Shown: positions 11,075 through 21,957, counted from the stretch's first letter. The stretch is DNA of 64,000 nucleotides from Candidatus Uhrbacteria bacterium (GCA_963822405.1 CAWGHH010000004.1:6226-70225), one strand, 5' to 3'. The notes: a model not told the origin generated them from the sequence alone. Numbers and translations are program-made.

Positions 11075-14000
11075 CCGGAGCGCCGCCAGTCTCCAAGCTC
11101 AAATACATGTGATTTGTTTCAACTGTAGTAGCACCAACCACACTTGTTGTTGTAAAAGATTCTGTGTTCATCTTCTGCGTAAAGATAGCGTAGATAGCCG
11201 GGTTTCTACATGACGTAGAAGACGCAGTTGGGAACAAAGTAGCAGTTGGCCTTGGCATGCAGCAGTGCGCCGAACCAACTCCGTAAAGCGAAGGATTTGT
11301 ACAGCTAGCATCAGACGTGGCCACGCAAGAAAGAGAAAGATCGGCTGTAGTAGAAAGACCGGACGAATCTTCAGTCACTTGCACGGTAGCTAGAGCCTTC
11401 TTGGTTGTTCCATCCACCTCGAACACTGCACCATCAGAAATCACCGCAGTTTGCAGAGGATCGATTCTGCCGTCACCGGCTACGCCAACTTCACAAGCTG
11501 GATATTCGCCCACTCCAGCAAACCCGTCACCACAGAAAGATGCTTCCGTGTAAGCCGTGGAGGATCCCTCAAATAGACAGCGACTAGAACAGCCATCGCC
11601 GCTTACTTGGCTGCTATCATCACAGTCTTCAAAGACAGGACTGACGTCCCCATCGCCACAACCCTGCGCCTCCGTACCACCTTCATGCAAACAAGAAGAC
11701 GAACAGCCATCGCCGTTTACCACGTTCGAATCGTCACAGCTCTCAGCTGGAGCATCAACTCGACCATCGCCACAAACAGCCCCACCAATAGAAGCTAAAG
11801 TTGGCGTACCTTCGTTTGTACAGTTAGAAGAACAGCCGTCACCGTTTCTAGCGTTCCCGTCATCACATTCTTCACCGGCTTTAGTAGTAGCGTTTCGAGC
11901 AATGTCGTTGTTTCCGCAGGTTGCACCAACAGATCTAGAACCTTCGGCCTGACATTTACTAGAACAGCCGTCACCGTCAACCCCATTATGGTCATCACAA
12001 TCTTCCGCTAGATCGATCGTTCCGTTTCCACACATTGGAACAATAGTACCTTCACGTAAACACGAGGCCGAACAGCCATCGCCGCTTGCTACATTACCGT
12101 CTTCGCATTCTTCACCAGCAGTCGCGTCAAGCCGACCGTCGCCGCAAATAGCACGGTAGGCCACGCTGCCACCGGCAGTACATGAAGCTGTACAGGCGGA
12201 AGGAACTGAAGATGGGGACGTGTCCTGTAACTTTCCACCCAACCATTCAGCAACTACCGTTGAAGCATTACCATCAATGTTCTTGTCTACGATCGGGTTC
12301 GCCCAAGACCAAGAATATGAGAATCCGGTGAGTCTCTGACCAGACTGAGAACAGCTATCAGCCTCTCCGTATGCAGTGCTAGAGAATGTTGCCCTATCCC
12401 CAATCGATTTAGCTAATACACTAGCCGGGGAAATAGAAACTCTATTCACAGCACAAGCACTAGCATCTTCTCGAGCCCGGAAAATCCAAGAATAATCGCC
12501 ACCGTCATTTGTTCTGATTAATGGCACGCCACTCATACTCTTAACCGAGCCTGAGACAATTACCTTGTAAAAAGTGCTCGGATTCAAAGTGACTGTGGAC
12601 AAGGAGAAACCAGTACAATCGCCGGAAATACCAGTAACAGTGATACATTTAGCATTTGGGTTGGCAACTTCGCTAGTCGAAGAACAGAGTTCATTAGCAC
12701 AAGAGAACAAGCGAACAGCACCAGCCATTTCAACAGTCTGTGGCTTCATTGGAATGTTGAAACTCGCCCCGATCTGAGCGTTCATGCAAGCAGAATCACA
12801 ATCCGGCCACACACCCGTGACGTACGGATCTGTAAATTTAATGGTCAAATCACCAGCGCCCGAAGTGGTAGTGGTTCCAACAGTTGCTTTCACCGGAGTC
12901 TGGCCCTCAGCTAAAGCTTCAGCTGTAGCGCAAGAACTATTGCCACCAACACAAGATGGATTAGCCGTGCTATTAAAACCAGCAAAACTTGGGTTCATGC
13001 TCCACGCCCAGGTCACTGAGGCTGGATCAACCACTACACATCCAGAGGTTGGCAAGGCCGAGAAACTCTGCGTAGCATTCTTTGTCGTAAGCGAGGCTTT
13101 AGACGGAGAAACGCGAGCGCTATCAATTACACATGAACCGGCGTCAGTCTTAGTTAAGAATGTCCATTGAACATCATTCGGAAGAGCTATCCCGTCAGCC
13201 GACTGCGCATCAGTGGTGACAGTCACTCGATAGGTTGTGCCGGTGGCAAACACTGAGCCCGGCTTAAAAGTGAACGAGCTAGCGGTAGTTTGAACTGATC
13301 CGGTTACTGAAACCGCCGTAGAACACGGGTTAGATCCACCACCAGAACAACGCTCAACTTTCACCGCGCTGCCAAGCGTCGCTTGATTCATTGGGACAGT
13401 GAACTCCGCATAAACAACCGCGTTCACACAAACGGTATCTGTGAACTTAATGTTCGGCACAGAAGAAACAACAGCCTGTGAACATTCAGAAACAATTCGC
13501 GGAACCTTTGGCACAGATCCAGAAGAGAAACTCCAGGCGTAGCCACCACCCACCGCGCCAAGAGATACTGCCGGCGAGGAGACCGAGAATGGCACGTCAT
13601 TTCCCTTTACGCCGGCCGCGTTTACCAGACGAACGTTTCCTGATTGCGCCGCCGGAGGGACTACTGCTTTTACTTCAGTGTTACTCCATGAGCTGATGAC
13701 AGAAGTGACGCTCGACGAAAAAGTAACCGCTCCTTTTGTGCTTCCAAAATGGTCGCCCACCATTTTAACGACGTCTCCCGAAACACCAGTGCCAGGAATA
13801 ATGCCACACACATTTGGAGCATCATCCGTGGTCGATATAGTGAATGGAATAGTATTCGAATTCTGACCTCCAGCTGTAGTCATTGAAATAGTGTAAGCAC
13901 CAGGAAGCAAAGCAGTTCCCGCAGTACTGCTACCAGGAACAATAAATCTAACTGAAGTTGGGCTCCATGGGTTTACGGTACCGCAAGCCGCCGGGAAGTC

Positions 14001-16136
14001 TAAGCTAGCAATACCAATATCACCCGTGGCTGTATTCTTAAATTTAACCGTACCTTTAGCTGTGCCAAAATTGGCGCCTTCTAAACTGACGTATCGGCCA
14101 ATACCGCCCTGTCCAGGGTTTATAGATAGAAGCGAAGGAGCAGGAGTATTGGTTCCTGCGGTACCACCGGCTGAAGGAGGAATAGTCGATCCTGGCGTAG
14201 TGCCACCGGGAGGCGTGGTTCCGCTCGGGGGTGTAGTTCCGCCAGCTGAAGAACCTGCAGCGGCCGAAGTAAACCGCAAGCTAATCGAATTTGAAGAAAC
14301 CCCAGTTCCAGAAACTACTCGAACGCCGAATAATCCGTCACGCGTAGAAAGCACCGGCACAACAACCTGGGCTGAAGTGTCGCCCCACACTGGATATGAA
14401 GAACCGGTTTGAGCATTACCGAATGCAATAGTCGAGGCATTCACGCCCGACGGAGTTCTGTTCGCCCCGAATCCAGCGCCGATCAAAGTCAGCGAATCAC
14501 CAGCCTTAGCGCTCATGGCTGAAAGGCTACAAAGGTTAGGATGAATCACCGCGTCAACCACGAAGTTAGCAATCAGTGGACCTCTAACGTCACCCGTAGC
14601 ATCACGGCCAAGATCATCAGTTGCGTCAGCTCGAACAATTGAAATTGGACCGTTACCGGTGCCAGCAGGCACAACCACAATTACCTGGCGATCAGTCCAA
14701 CCTCCGTCACATGGCGCAAGTTGCGCCTCGATTGGAGCGCCGGAAGTAGCGAAAAATACTTTTCCTGGCGTAGCTCCAAAACCGTTACCAGAAATAGTTA
14801 CGTAAGTTCCAGGCGCGCCAGAAAGAGGAGAAACAGCTCTGATCACCGTCATGGCCTTACAAGTACCATTAACACAAGAGCCGGATTGGCAGTCAGTTGA
14901 AGCAGTACAGACAGAACCATCACACGCACCACAGTAATTAATGTTGGTCGGATCTCCGCCACAATCAATTCCAGTTTCGCCACTGCCAGAATCTAGAATG
15001 TTATTTTGACAACTTGCTGGCGACAACATAACAGAAACCGAATCCTCGGCCGTGTTCCCGGCCAGGTCAGTAATCGTCGACGAAAGATTAATAGTGTTGC
15101 CCGCATCAATATTGCTCGTATCCCATGAAGTACTGATAGTCACATTTTTCGGATCAGTTCCGCTGGCTGGCACTTCGTCAAAGCTCACGCTGCCAGCTAA
15201 GAATGTAGCGCTTGCCACCCCAACGTCGTCCGTTCCGATCACCTGCACATTCTGTGAACTATTCGCAGCGATTCGTTGTCCAGAAGTAGGGTCAGTTAAT
15301 CTGGCAGTTGGTGCTGTTTCGTCAATGATCGTCCCAGTTGTAAACGTGCCGGTACATGGACGGCTAGTAGGACAGGTCAACGCAGCCGCAGAAGTATTCT
15401 TAATGGCAGTAGTTAAAGTAACAGTGAACTGTGTGCTAGCGTCGAAACATCTAGTCACGGAACCAGTGGAACAAGGCGTAGTTGGCTTAAACGTGATCAC
15501 GTTCCCAGAAACGGAAGGCGTGCCATCAATAACCGCGCCGGTAAGTGTATTTTTTACTGTGAATGCCCCAGCGATGCTTGCTGGATCAACATTCTTTGAG
15601 AATGTAACCCGAACTTGAGGATTACGAATAGTGATTTCTCCGGCAGGTTTTACGCCAGTCACTACGAATGCACTACCAGAGCCTCCGCCAAGCGCCGAAC
15701 CTCCGCCGGCACCACCCCCACCACCAGTGCCACCGCTCCCGCCGGCTCCAGTCGCGCCCAAGATAGAGGACATAACAAAAGACACAATAGACCAGGACAT
15801 CAAGATAATCATGAGGCCAATTCCACCACCAATCAAAATCTTTTTAGCTTTCGCGACATTCTCTTCGTTTCCAGCGGCCGTCATCCAAACAAAACCACCG
15901 TAAAGAACAATCACCACCGCCACAACACCAAGCAAAGAAATTCCAGTTCTAATCAAGCGCGCCACGATGAGTCTAGGATCTTCGCTGCCCAAGCCAGCTG
16001 ACTGCCCCACCACATCAAGCCCGCCCTGGACATCCGCCGACTGGGCTAAAGCGATCATCGGCAAAGCGAACGGCAAGGCCGTACTCGCCATGACGAGTGC
16101 TCCGAGGACTAGATGTTTTAAGGGCTTGATGTTCAC
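10998..16136 (-). CDS. Giant pilin-anchored surface protein, N-terminal part (TrbC/VirB2-like pilin domain, Ig-like/IPT domains, Myxococcus-type Cys-rich repeats)
   Basis: Signal peptide then LYGGFVWMTAAGNEENVAKAKKIL; repeated GTYVTISGNGFG-type IPT motifs; six CDDGNxxxGDGCSxxC-type repeats. Confidence 0.82.
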   Translation of the reverse strand: MNIKPLKHLVLGALVMASTALPFALPMIALAQSADVQGGLDVVGQSAGLGSEDPRLIVARLIRTGISLLGVVAVVIVLYGGFVWMTAAGNEENVAKAKKILIGGGIGLMIILMSWSIVSFVMSSILGATGAGGSGGTGGGGGAGGGSALGGGSGSAFVVTGVKPAGEITIRNPQVRVTFSKNVDPASIAGAFTVKNTLTGAVIDGTPSVSGNVITFKPTTPCSTGSVTRCFDASTQFTVTLTTAIKNTSAAALTCPTSRPCTGTFTTGTIIDETAPTARLTDPTSGQRIAANSSQNVQVIGTDDVGVASATFLAGSVSFDEVPASGTDPKNVTISTSWDTSNIDAGNTINLSSTITDLAGNTAEDSVSVMLSPASCQNNILDSGSGETGIDCGGDPTNINYCGACDGSVCTASTDCQSGSCVNGTCKAMTVIRAVSPLSGAPGTYVTISGNGFGATPGKVFFATSGAPIEAQLAPCDGGWTDRQVIVVVPAGTGNGPISIVRADATDDLGRDATGDVRGPLIANFVVDAVIHPNLCSLSAMSAKAGDSLTLIGAGFGANRTPSGVNASTIAFGNAQTGSSYPVWGDTSAQVVVPVLSTRDGLFGVRVVSGTGVSSNSISLRFTSAAAGSSAGGTTPPSGTTPPGGTTPGSTIPPSAGGTAGTNTPAPSLLSINPGQGGIGRYVSLEGANFGTAKGTVKFKNTATGDIGIASLDFPAACGTVNPWSPTSVRFIVPGSSTAGTALLPGAYTISMTTAGGQNSNTIPFTISTTDDAPNVCGIIPGTGVSGDVVKMVGDHFGSTKGAVTFSSSVTSVISSWSNTEVKAVVPPAAQSGNVRLVNAAGVKGNDVPFSVSSPAVSLGAVGGGYAWSFSSGSVPKVPRIVSECSQAVVSSVPNIKFTDTVCVNAVVYAEFTVPMNQATLGSAVKVERCSGGGSNPCSTAVSVTGSVQTTASSFTFKPGSVFATGTTYRVTVTTDAQSADGIALPNDVQWTFLTKTDAGSCVIDSARVSPSKASLTTKNATQSFSALPTSGCVVVDPASVTWAWSMNPSFAGFNSTANPSCVGGNSSCATAEALAEGQTPVKATVGTTTTSGAGDLTIKFTDPYVTGVWPDCDSACMNAQIGASFNIPMKPQTVEMAGAVRLFSCANELCSSTSEVANPNAKCITVTGISGDCTGFSLSTVTLNPSTFYKVIVSGSVKSMSGVPLIRTNDGGDYSWIFRAREDASACAVNRVSISPASVLAKSIGDRATFSSTAYGEADSCSQSGQRLTGFSYSWSWANPIVDKNIDGNASTVVAEWLGGKLQDTSPSSVPSACTASCTAGGSVAYRAICGDGRLDATAGEECEDGNVASGDGCSASCLREGTIVPMCGNGTIDLAEDCDDHNGVDGDGCSSKCQAEGSRSVGATCGNNDIARNATTKAGEECDDGNARNGDGCSSNCTNEGTPTLASIGGAVCGDGRVDAPAESCDDSNVVNGDGCSSSCLHEGGTEAQGCGDGDVSPVFEDCDDSSQVSGDGCSSRCLFEGSSTAYTEASFCGDGFAGVGEYPACEVGVAGDGRIDPLQTAVISDGAVFEVDGTTKKALATVQVTEDSSGLSTTADLSLSCVATSDASCTNPSLYGVGSAHCCMPRPTATLFPTASSTSCRNPAIYAIFTQKMNTESFTTTSVVGATTVETNHMYLSLETGGAPVGPGPARTSISEHDLPKWLSGCPFA

Positions 16137-16145
16137 AATAGAAGA

Positions 16146-17873
16146 TTAAAAGAGGACGCAGGCAGAAGCCGACGAAACTCCGTTGCAACAGTAAGGGGAA
16201 GAGGCAGTAACACCACAAACACCACCCGTCGCATCCGGTCCAGCGCCTGGTACATAACAATTCTGATACTCGTTCAAAAGTCCACTCGTGACCGTCGAGC
16301 CATATTCGTAAGTCTTGCCGTCAACTGACTGCAGGAACGTACCGTGGCTTATTTTCACAAGCGTCTGAGCGGGAATCTGAGAACCAGAAGTCACTAACTC
16401 GCCATTACTCGTTAAGTATGAAGTGCTTGGCGAATACCACATTTCATGCGAAGTGTTGGTTGATAATTCCTTATTAGACAAACTAATCGTGTCTTGTGAA
16501 ATGGTCGAGGTCATTAAAACGCCATCAAAAGTCACCAGCACTGGCTGATCAAGTGGCACATTCTCCTCAGAAATATTCGGCGAGATAGAAGTTATACTTG
16601 GCCCCTTAAGCGCAATGTCACCAGTGGTCGAAAAGCCCCAGGCGAAGCTGTCTCCGGCCGTTCCGTCATGATTACCGTCTAACGAGTTACCAGCCATGTC
16701 GACAACCCCGTCATATGGGAAGATATCAGCCTGCGGAGGATTCGTGGTGGTAGTCGCGCCTCTAACAGTTGCTGTCAGAGTACTGCTTCCCGGAAGACAG
16801 ACGATTGTTTCACCGCAAGAATTAGTTCCGCATGGACTGTCAGAATGGAACGTAACTGATGTATAGCCGTTGGAAATTTCATACGTTCCAGTCACCGGAG
16901 TAGCACCAGCAGTAATGGCGATATTTGAAAATCCCCCAGCCTGAGCGTGTTGACCGGAAGCTGACGTAGGATCAACTGGTTCAGAAAAAGTAGCTTGCAC
17001 TACAATGTTTCGAGCAAACGTACCAGCATTTGCCGGCGTCACGCTCACGATAGTAGGAGGCGTGAGATCAAGAACGGTACCAGTTTCAAATGACCATTTG
17101 TAACCACCGCTATATGAACCAGCAAAGATTTTGTTTCCGCTGGCATTTTTAATATCAGCAGTCAGTTGCACCGTGTACTGCACTTTACTGGTTGGCGAAC
17201 CTAAATAGACGGCCGGCTTAAAGACAAAAGTCCTGTGATCATCAGTCGAGCTGATCGTCACATCTGTCAAAGCTCCTGGCGCACCAGACGCCGTAGGAAA
17301 AATCTTAACCGAGCCTACCGTGACCGTAGCTGGATCAATCGCTTCCTTAAAAGTAAGCATCACTTTAGCGTTCCTCGCTACGTCTGTTTGATTACGTGTT
17401 GGGTAGTGATCACGAATCGGCCCGGAACCAAGCGCGCCAGATAGACTCTCTACGGAAACTCCCCCATTACCGCCGCCACCAGTACCGCCATTACCACCGC
17501 CAGTACCACCGGTGATAGCGTTTATCACGAATGTTGTAATCCCGTATGCGCTCAGCGTAATAACAATTCCGACCGTAGCTTGAATTAAAATATTCTTAGC
17601 CTTAACAACCTTTTTGTCATCCCCACCGGCCGTCATCCAGATAACTCCAGCGTAGATTGTCAAAATAAGAAAAACAACTCCCAACAATCCTAGGAATATG
17701 CTGATTATTCGACCGATGATTGTAGGAAGATCAGCTCCCCCAAGTCCGGCCGTGGCCGCTACCTGCGCTGCTTGATCTGTCTGCGCTAAAACGTGTGGCG
17801 CAGAAAATAAAAAGCCGCCCACAAAAACACCAAGGCCAAGTAAAAGAGAAATCCGCGCCGTTCGGCTCAACAT
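16146..17873 (-). CDS. Pilin-anchored Ig-like domain protein
   Basis: IYAGVIWMTAGGDDKKVVKAKNIL pilin motif, Gly-rich linker, three Ig-like repeats (TFSEPVDP type); start at MLSRTAR, downstream of the terminator. Confidence 0.82.
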   Translation of the reverse strand: MLSRTARISLLLGLGVFVGGFLFSAPHVLAQTDQAAQVAATAGLGGADLPTIIGRIISIFLGLLGVVFLILTIYAGVIWMTAGGDDKKVVKAKNILIQATVGIVITLSAYGITTFVINAITGGTGGGNGGTGGGGNGGVSVESLSGALGSGPIRDHYPTRNQTDVARNAKVMLTFKEAIDPATVTVGSVKIFPTASGAPGALTDVTISSTDDHRTFVFKPAVYLGSPTSKVQYTVQLTADIKNASGNKIFAGSYSGGYKWSFETGTVLDLTPPTIVSVTPANAGTFARNIVVQATFSEPVDPTSASGQHAQAGGFSNIAITAGATPVTGTYEISNGYTSVTFHSDSPCGTNSCGETIVCLPGSSTLTATVRGATTTTNPPQADIFPYDGVVDMAGNSLDGNHDGTAGDSFAWGFSTTGDIALKGPSITSISPNISEENVPLDQPVLVTFDGVLMTSTISQDTISLSNKELSTNTSHEMWYSPSTSYLTSNGELVTSGSQIPAQTLVKISHGTFLQSVDGKTYEYGSTVTSGLLNEYQNCYVPGAGPDATGGVCGVTASSPYCCNGVSSASACVLF

Positions 17874-17894
17874 AGTCCCCACTATTTTACCGCA

Positions 17895-17927
17895 AAAAAA
17901 GAGTCCCCACGTTATTTGCATGGGGAC
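17895..17927 (-). terminator. Intrinsic terminator downstream of hflX
   Basis: GTCCCCA/TGGGGAC stem followed by T7 on the minus strand. Confidence 0.6.
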
Positions 17928-17933
17928 ACTTTC

Positions 17934-18016
17934 CAACCCAGAGAGAAATATGTATCAGAAAATTTTTAGGAGGTAACCCGACTCAAATTTTATGATGCAT
18001 ATTTCTCTCTGGGTTG
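17934..18016. repeat. Conserved-loop palindrome, copy 1
   Basis: 32-bp inverted arms (2 mismatches) around TTAGGAGGTAACCCGACTC at 17966-17984. Confidence 0.9.
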
Positions 18017-18028
18017 TAAGCCTTTTCA

Positions 18029-19114
18029 CTATCTTATCTCCTTACTTATCAATGTCCTCAGTTCAGGCAAACCTTCTTTTGTCAAAGCGGAAACCGGCAC
18101 GCCACCTTCTATCTCTGGCAGCTTTTTCACCAGATCGGCTTTGTTCAAAACAATAATCACTGGCGTATCTTTAATTCCCAAGGACTTCAGAATATCTTCA
18201 ACTACTTTTTTCTTCAGTTCTAACTTTGGATCGGCAGCATCAATCACATGCAACAATAAATCCGCATGAACAGCCTCAGATAAGGTTGAACGGAACGCCT
18301 TAATAAGTGACGGTGGCAAATCACGGATAAAGCCGATCGTGTCGGATAGCAACGCTGAACCACCAAGCTCAGGCAAATACATCTCACCTACCCGAGTATC
18401 AAGCGTAGCAAAAAGCTTGTTCGCCGAAACCTCCTTACGTTTCGTTAACACGTTTAATAGTGCCGTCTTGCCTGCGTTTGTGTAACCAACAAGCGCCACG
18501 GTCTTAAACCCGGCGCGCGCTCTACTCTTTCTATGTTCGGCTCTTGCTCCCTCATATGTTTCAAGCTTCTTCAAAATAGCCCGCTCTCGTTCGCGAATAT
18601 GTCGCTTCATCTTCTCCGTGTTACTCTCCCCCGCTCCCCCGCGAACGCCCGTACCACCAGCCTGCTTACCAAGCTGTGCGCCCATGTTATAAATACGCGG
18701 ACCAATGTGACGCAAACGTGCAAGTTCAATCTCTAACTTCGCCTCAGCACTCGTGGCATGCCGATCGAAGATATGCAAAATCAAGTCGACTCTATCCCAC
18801 ACCTTCATCTTAACCGGCTCTAGTGCTTCTTCGAGCCTAAACAACTGACCAGGCTTCAATAGGTCGTTTACAATCAACACATTCGCCCCAGTCGCCTTTG
18901 CCTCAGCGATTATTTCTTCGAGCTTGCCGCTACCAACAAATGTATCGTTGTCCGGTTTATCTCTGCGCTGAATAGTTTTTACAACCGCAATACCGCCGTA
19001 GGTCTGTGTTAGAGCCTCAAGCTCGGCCATCCGTTCCAGCGCTTCCGCCTTCGGGACCGTAAAGTGAACCACGTCGGCCAGAATTGCCTTGTACGCCCCG
19101 GCTGGATTACTCAT
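18029..19114 (-). CDS. hflX: GTPase HflX
   Basis: GYTNAGKT, LFATLD, DTIGFIRDLP, NKAD. Confidence 0.97.
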   Translation of the reverse strand: MSNPAGAYKAILADVVHFTVPKAEALERMAELEALTQTYGGIAVVKTIQRRDKPDNDTFVGSGKLEEIIAEAKATGANVLIVNDLLKPGQLFRLEEALEPVKMKVWDRVDLILHIFDRHATSAEAKLEIELARLRHIGPRIYNMGAQLGKQAGGTGVRGGAGESNTEKMKRHIRERERAILKKLETYEGARAEHRKSRARAGFKTVALVGYTNAGKTALLNVLTKRKEVSANKLFATLDTRVGEMYLPELGGSALLSDTIGFIRDLPPSLIKAFRSTLSEAVHADLLLHVIDAADPKLELKKKVVEDILKSLGIKDTPVIIVLNKADLVKKLPEIEGGVPVSALTKEGLPELRTLISKEIR

Positions 19115-19553
19115 TTAAAAACTTCTCAACTTTTTCTTTAATCCGAGAACCGTCAACCAGTCCTTTCAATTCTTTAGCGAGTGCGCCGACTACCTTTCCA
19201 ATTTCACTCGACGCCTTTGCGCCAAGCTCCTCGATCTTTGCTCTGACCTTTGCCTCAAGCTCGTTGTCAGACATTTGTTCAGGCAAATACTTTTCAAGAA
19301 TCGCAATTTCTTTCCTGGCCTCCTCAGCTAAATCTTCCCGAGCACTTGATACAAACATATCAAGAGCGTCCTTCATCTTCTTCGCATCACTCTTGATCAC
19401 CGCAATAACTTCTGCGTCTTCAAGTTCTTTATTAAGCTCAATCGCCTTATTACGAATGGACGAAATAACCATCCGTAAAACCTCAAGCGTCTTTGTTTCT
19501 TTTCCCTTCATCGCCGCCTTCATGTCTTCTGAAAGTTTTTCTTGTAATTTCAT
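19107..19553 (-). CDS. yqeY: GatB/YqeY domain protein
   Basis: DMKAAMK...LEKYLPEQMS, located after rpsU. Confidence 0.9.
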   Translation of the reverse strand: MKLQEKLSEDMKAAMKGKETKTLEVLRMVISSIRNKAIELNKELEDAEVIAVIKSDAKKMKDALDMFVSSAREDLAEEARKEIAILEKYLPEQMSDNELEAKVRAKIEELGAKASSEIGKVVGALAKELKGLVDGSRIKEKVEKFLNE

Positions 19554-19609
19554 ATGTTGGATATATTAACACAAAACCCCCTAGGCCAGAGGCTTCGGGG
19601 GTCTTTTGC

Positions 19610-19870
19610 TTACCGACCGCCACGCTTCTTAGCGCGTAGATCTTCTTCTTTGATCTTTCCTGTTTTAAGGAGGAATTCACGTCTCTCGCCCATTTCTAAG
19701 CGTCTGAGAGCTGAATCGTGTACGCGGTTTTTCTTTGGAGTTTTCTCAAAGAAACGTCCGGAACGTACGTCCAAAACTTTACCGCTCTGTTGAAGACGGC
19801 GGGAAAAACGGCGGAATACCGCTTCAAAGCTCTCCCCTTTCTTTCTTTTTACTTCGATGGATGATGCCAC
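19610..19870 (-). CDS. rpsU: 30S ribosomal protein bS21
   Basis: EVKRKKGESFEAVFRRFSR; rpsU-yqeY synteny. Confidence 0.85.
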   Translation of the reverse strand: MASSIEVKRKKGESFEAVFRRFSRRLQQSGKVLDVRSGRFFEKTPKKNRVHDSALRRLEMGERREFLLKTGKIKEEDLRAKKRGGR

Positions 19871-19935
19871 AATATATTTTAAACCTTCCTTTCAAGGTTG
19901 GCGGGATGGTAACACAGGGCTTTTACCCTGGCAAG

Positions 19936-21306
19936 TTACTTAATCTCAGTTTTAGCGAGTGCCTTAACCTTTAGTTCCTGTAGTCTTTTTGCCACTATAC
20001 CCACCACCTTTTCTACATCTACAATTTCCTGCGCACCTGATTCCATATCACGGATGATGATAGTACCGTCAAGAACTTCTTTCTGGCCTAGAATAACCGC
20101 AATCGGCGACTTAAGTTTATCAGCAATTTCCAGCTGAGCCTTAAGATTCGATTTTGAAAATGCCTCCGCCACATCAACGCCAGCCTCGCGGAACTTCTCG
20201 AAAGTTTTCAACCCTTTTCTACGAGCAGCTTCTCCAAGCTGACAGAAAAATACATCCGAACGACGTCTTGGATCAGGAAGCTTGCCCGCCGCCCGAGCGG
20301 CAATGAGCACGCGTTCAAGTCCAATAGCAGCACCCACAGCACTAGTTCCTTCGCGGCCACCAAATAGTGGAATCAAACCGTCATAACGTCCGCCCCCACC
20401 AAGTGAACTCTGTGCGCCCTCATCAGCTGGAGGATTAGTTAGAACTACTTCAAACACCGTCTTAGTGTAGTAATCAAGACCTCTAACAAGGTGCGGGTTA
20501 AGGGTGTACTGCACCTCAGCTTCATCTAAATATTCAAGTACCTTCATGAAGTGCTGCTTTGATTCATCATCAAGATAATCAATAATCTGTGGCGCTTCGT
20601 TTTTCAGTTCCTCCATGCCTGGCTCTTTAGAGTCAAGAAGACGTAGAGGGTTCTTTGTTAGACGCTTCTGATCAGTTTCCGACAACTTCTTTTTGTTCGC
20701 TTTGAAAAACTTAACCAGTTCCGCCACATAAGCACGACGAGAAGTAGGCGTTCCAAGTGAGTTCACCTGGATAGTGACATCAAGTCCCATGTCTCTACAG
20801 AAACGCTCACACATGAGCATAATCTGGGCATCAAGCACTGGATCATCAGAGCCTATAGCCTCCATGCCAAACTGCCAGAATTGGCGGTAACGACCAGCTT
20901 GTGGACGTTCATGTCGGAAAAATTGTTCGCTGTACCATAACTTCACTGGTTGTGGCTGGTTCAACATGCCGTGCTCAATATATGCCCGGGCAATCGCTGC
21001 CGTGCCCTCTGGACGCATAGTCATGCGCACTCCCCCTTGATCCGTAAAAGTAAACATCTCTTTCTCAACTACATCTGTATCCTTACCAACTCCGCGCTCA
21101 AAAAGCGCCGTCTGCTCAAGCACTGGCAAACGAATACGCCCAAAGCTATATGCTCGAGACAAAGACTTCATTACGTCATCCATCTTATCCCAAGCGGCTT
21201 GTTCGTCTGGAAGAATGTCACGAAAACCACGAGGTGTTTCCGGTACCTTTGATTTTTTTGCTGGAGCCTTCTCAATAATCGTGGCTGGGGCTGGTTTCAA
21301 GGGCAT
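19936..21306 (-). CDS. hisS: Histidine--tRNA ligase
   Basis: PRGFRD, RPEGTA, FRHERPQAGRYRQF, LVRGLDYY, GGGRYD. Confidence 0.98.
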   Translation of the reverse strand: MPLKPAPATIIEKAPAKKSKVPETPRGFRDILPDEQAAWDKMDDVMKSLSRAYSFGRIRLPVLEQTALFERGVGKDTDVVEKEMFTFTDQGGVRMTMRPEGTAAIARAYIEHGMLNQPQPVKLWYSEQFFRHERPQAGRYRQFWQFGMEAIGSDDPVLDAQIMLMCERFCRDMGLDVTIQVNSLGTPTSRRAYVAELVKFFKANKKKLSETDQKRLTKNPLRLLDSKEPGMEELKNEAPQIIDYLDDESKQHFMKVLEYLDEAEVQYTLNPHLVRGLDYYTKTVFEVVLTNPPADEGAQSSLGGGGRYDGLIPLFGGREGTSAVGAAIGLERVLIAARAAGKLPDPRRRSDVFFCQLGEAARRKGLKTFEKFREAGVDVAEAFSKSNLKAQLEIADKLKSPIAVILGQKEVLDGTIIIRDMESGAQEIVDVEKVVGIVAKRLQELKVKALAKTEIK

Positions 21307-21342
21307 AGTGATCACGTGCAGGATTGAACTTAATTATTCTAT

Positions 21343-21957
21343 TTAATACTGATAAACCGGGGTCATAAACGTCCCCGCTTTCTCAAGTGGGAGACCACGA
21401 ATCCACACTCGACCGATGATGTTCGCCTTTGGTACATAACCAAACGATCTAGAGTCAAGACTAGCGTTGCGGTTATCTCCCATGACGTAGTATTGGTCAG
21501 GACCAAGTGTCACACTATCACTACCAGTAGTGGTTTCCGTCAAGTATTCTTCAGGAAGAACTATGCCGGAAGGATACTGATCGTTGTAAATAGTGACCCG
21601 TCCGTTCTTAACCTCAACCCGCTCCTTTGGCAATCCAATGATTCTCTTGATATAAAACTGCCCCTCATTTTTTGGTGGATGGAAAACAATGATTTCTCCA
21701 CGCTCAGGCTCTCTAACGCGATAAGTAACCTCATCAACGATCAAATATTCATTGTCATGAAAGTTAGGCTCCATTGATGCGCCCTTAACAATGAAGGGCA
21801 AGATAAGAAAGTGCCGAGTGATCAAAATAATGACCAGGGCTAAAATTGCAATTTGCGCAATCTCTAAGAAAAAATTTCCAATCGCGCCAAAGGTCGGCCC
21901 AAACATTCGCTCAAGTACACTTGGTCCAACCACCTCACTTTTTCGGCTGAACAGCAT
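21343..21957 (-). CDS. lepB: Signal peptidase I
   Basis: GASMEPN, YIKRIIG, GDNRNASLDSR. Confidence 0.96.
   Translation of the reverse strand: MLFSRKSEVVGPSVLERMFGPTFGAIGNFFLEIAQIAILALVIILITRHFLILPFIVKGASMEPNFHDNEYLIVDEVTYRVREPERGEIIVFHPPKNEGQFYIKRIIGLPKERVEVKNGRVTIYNDQYPSGIVLPEEYLTETTTGSDSVTLGPDQYYVMGDNRNASLDSRSFGYVPKANIIGRVWIRGLPLEKAGTFMTPVYQY

Noticed and set aside
14160-14260. GGTTPP-type repeats in the giant adhesin as a DNA repeat element
   Set aside because: Protein-level low-complexity linker with degenerate codons.
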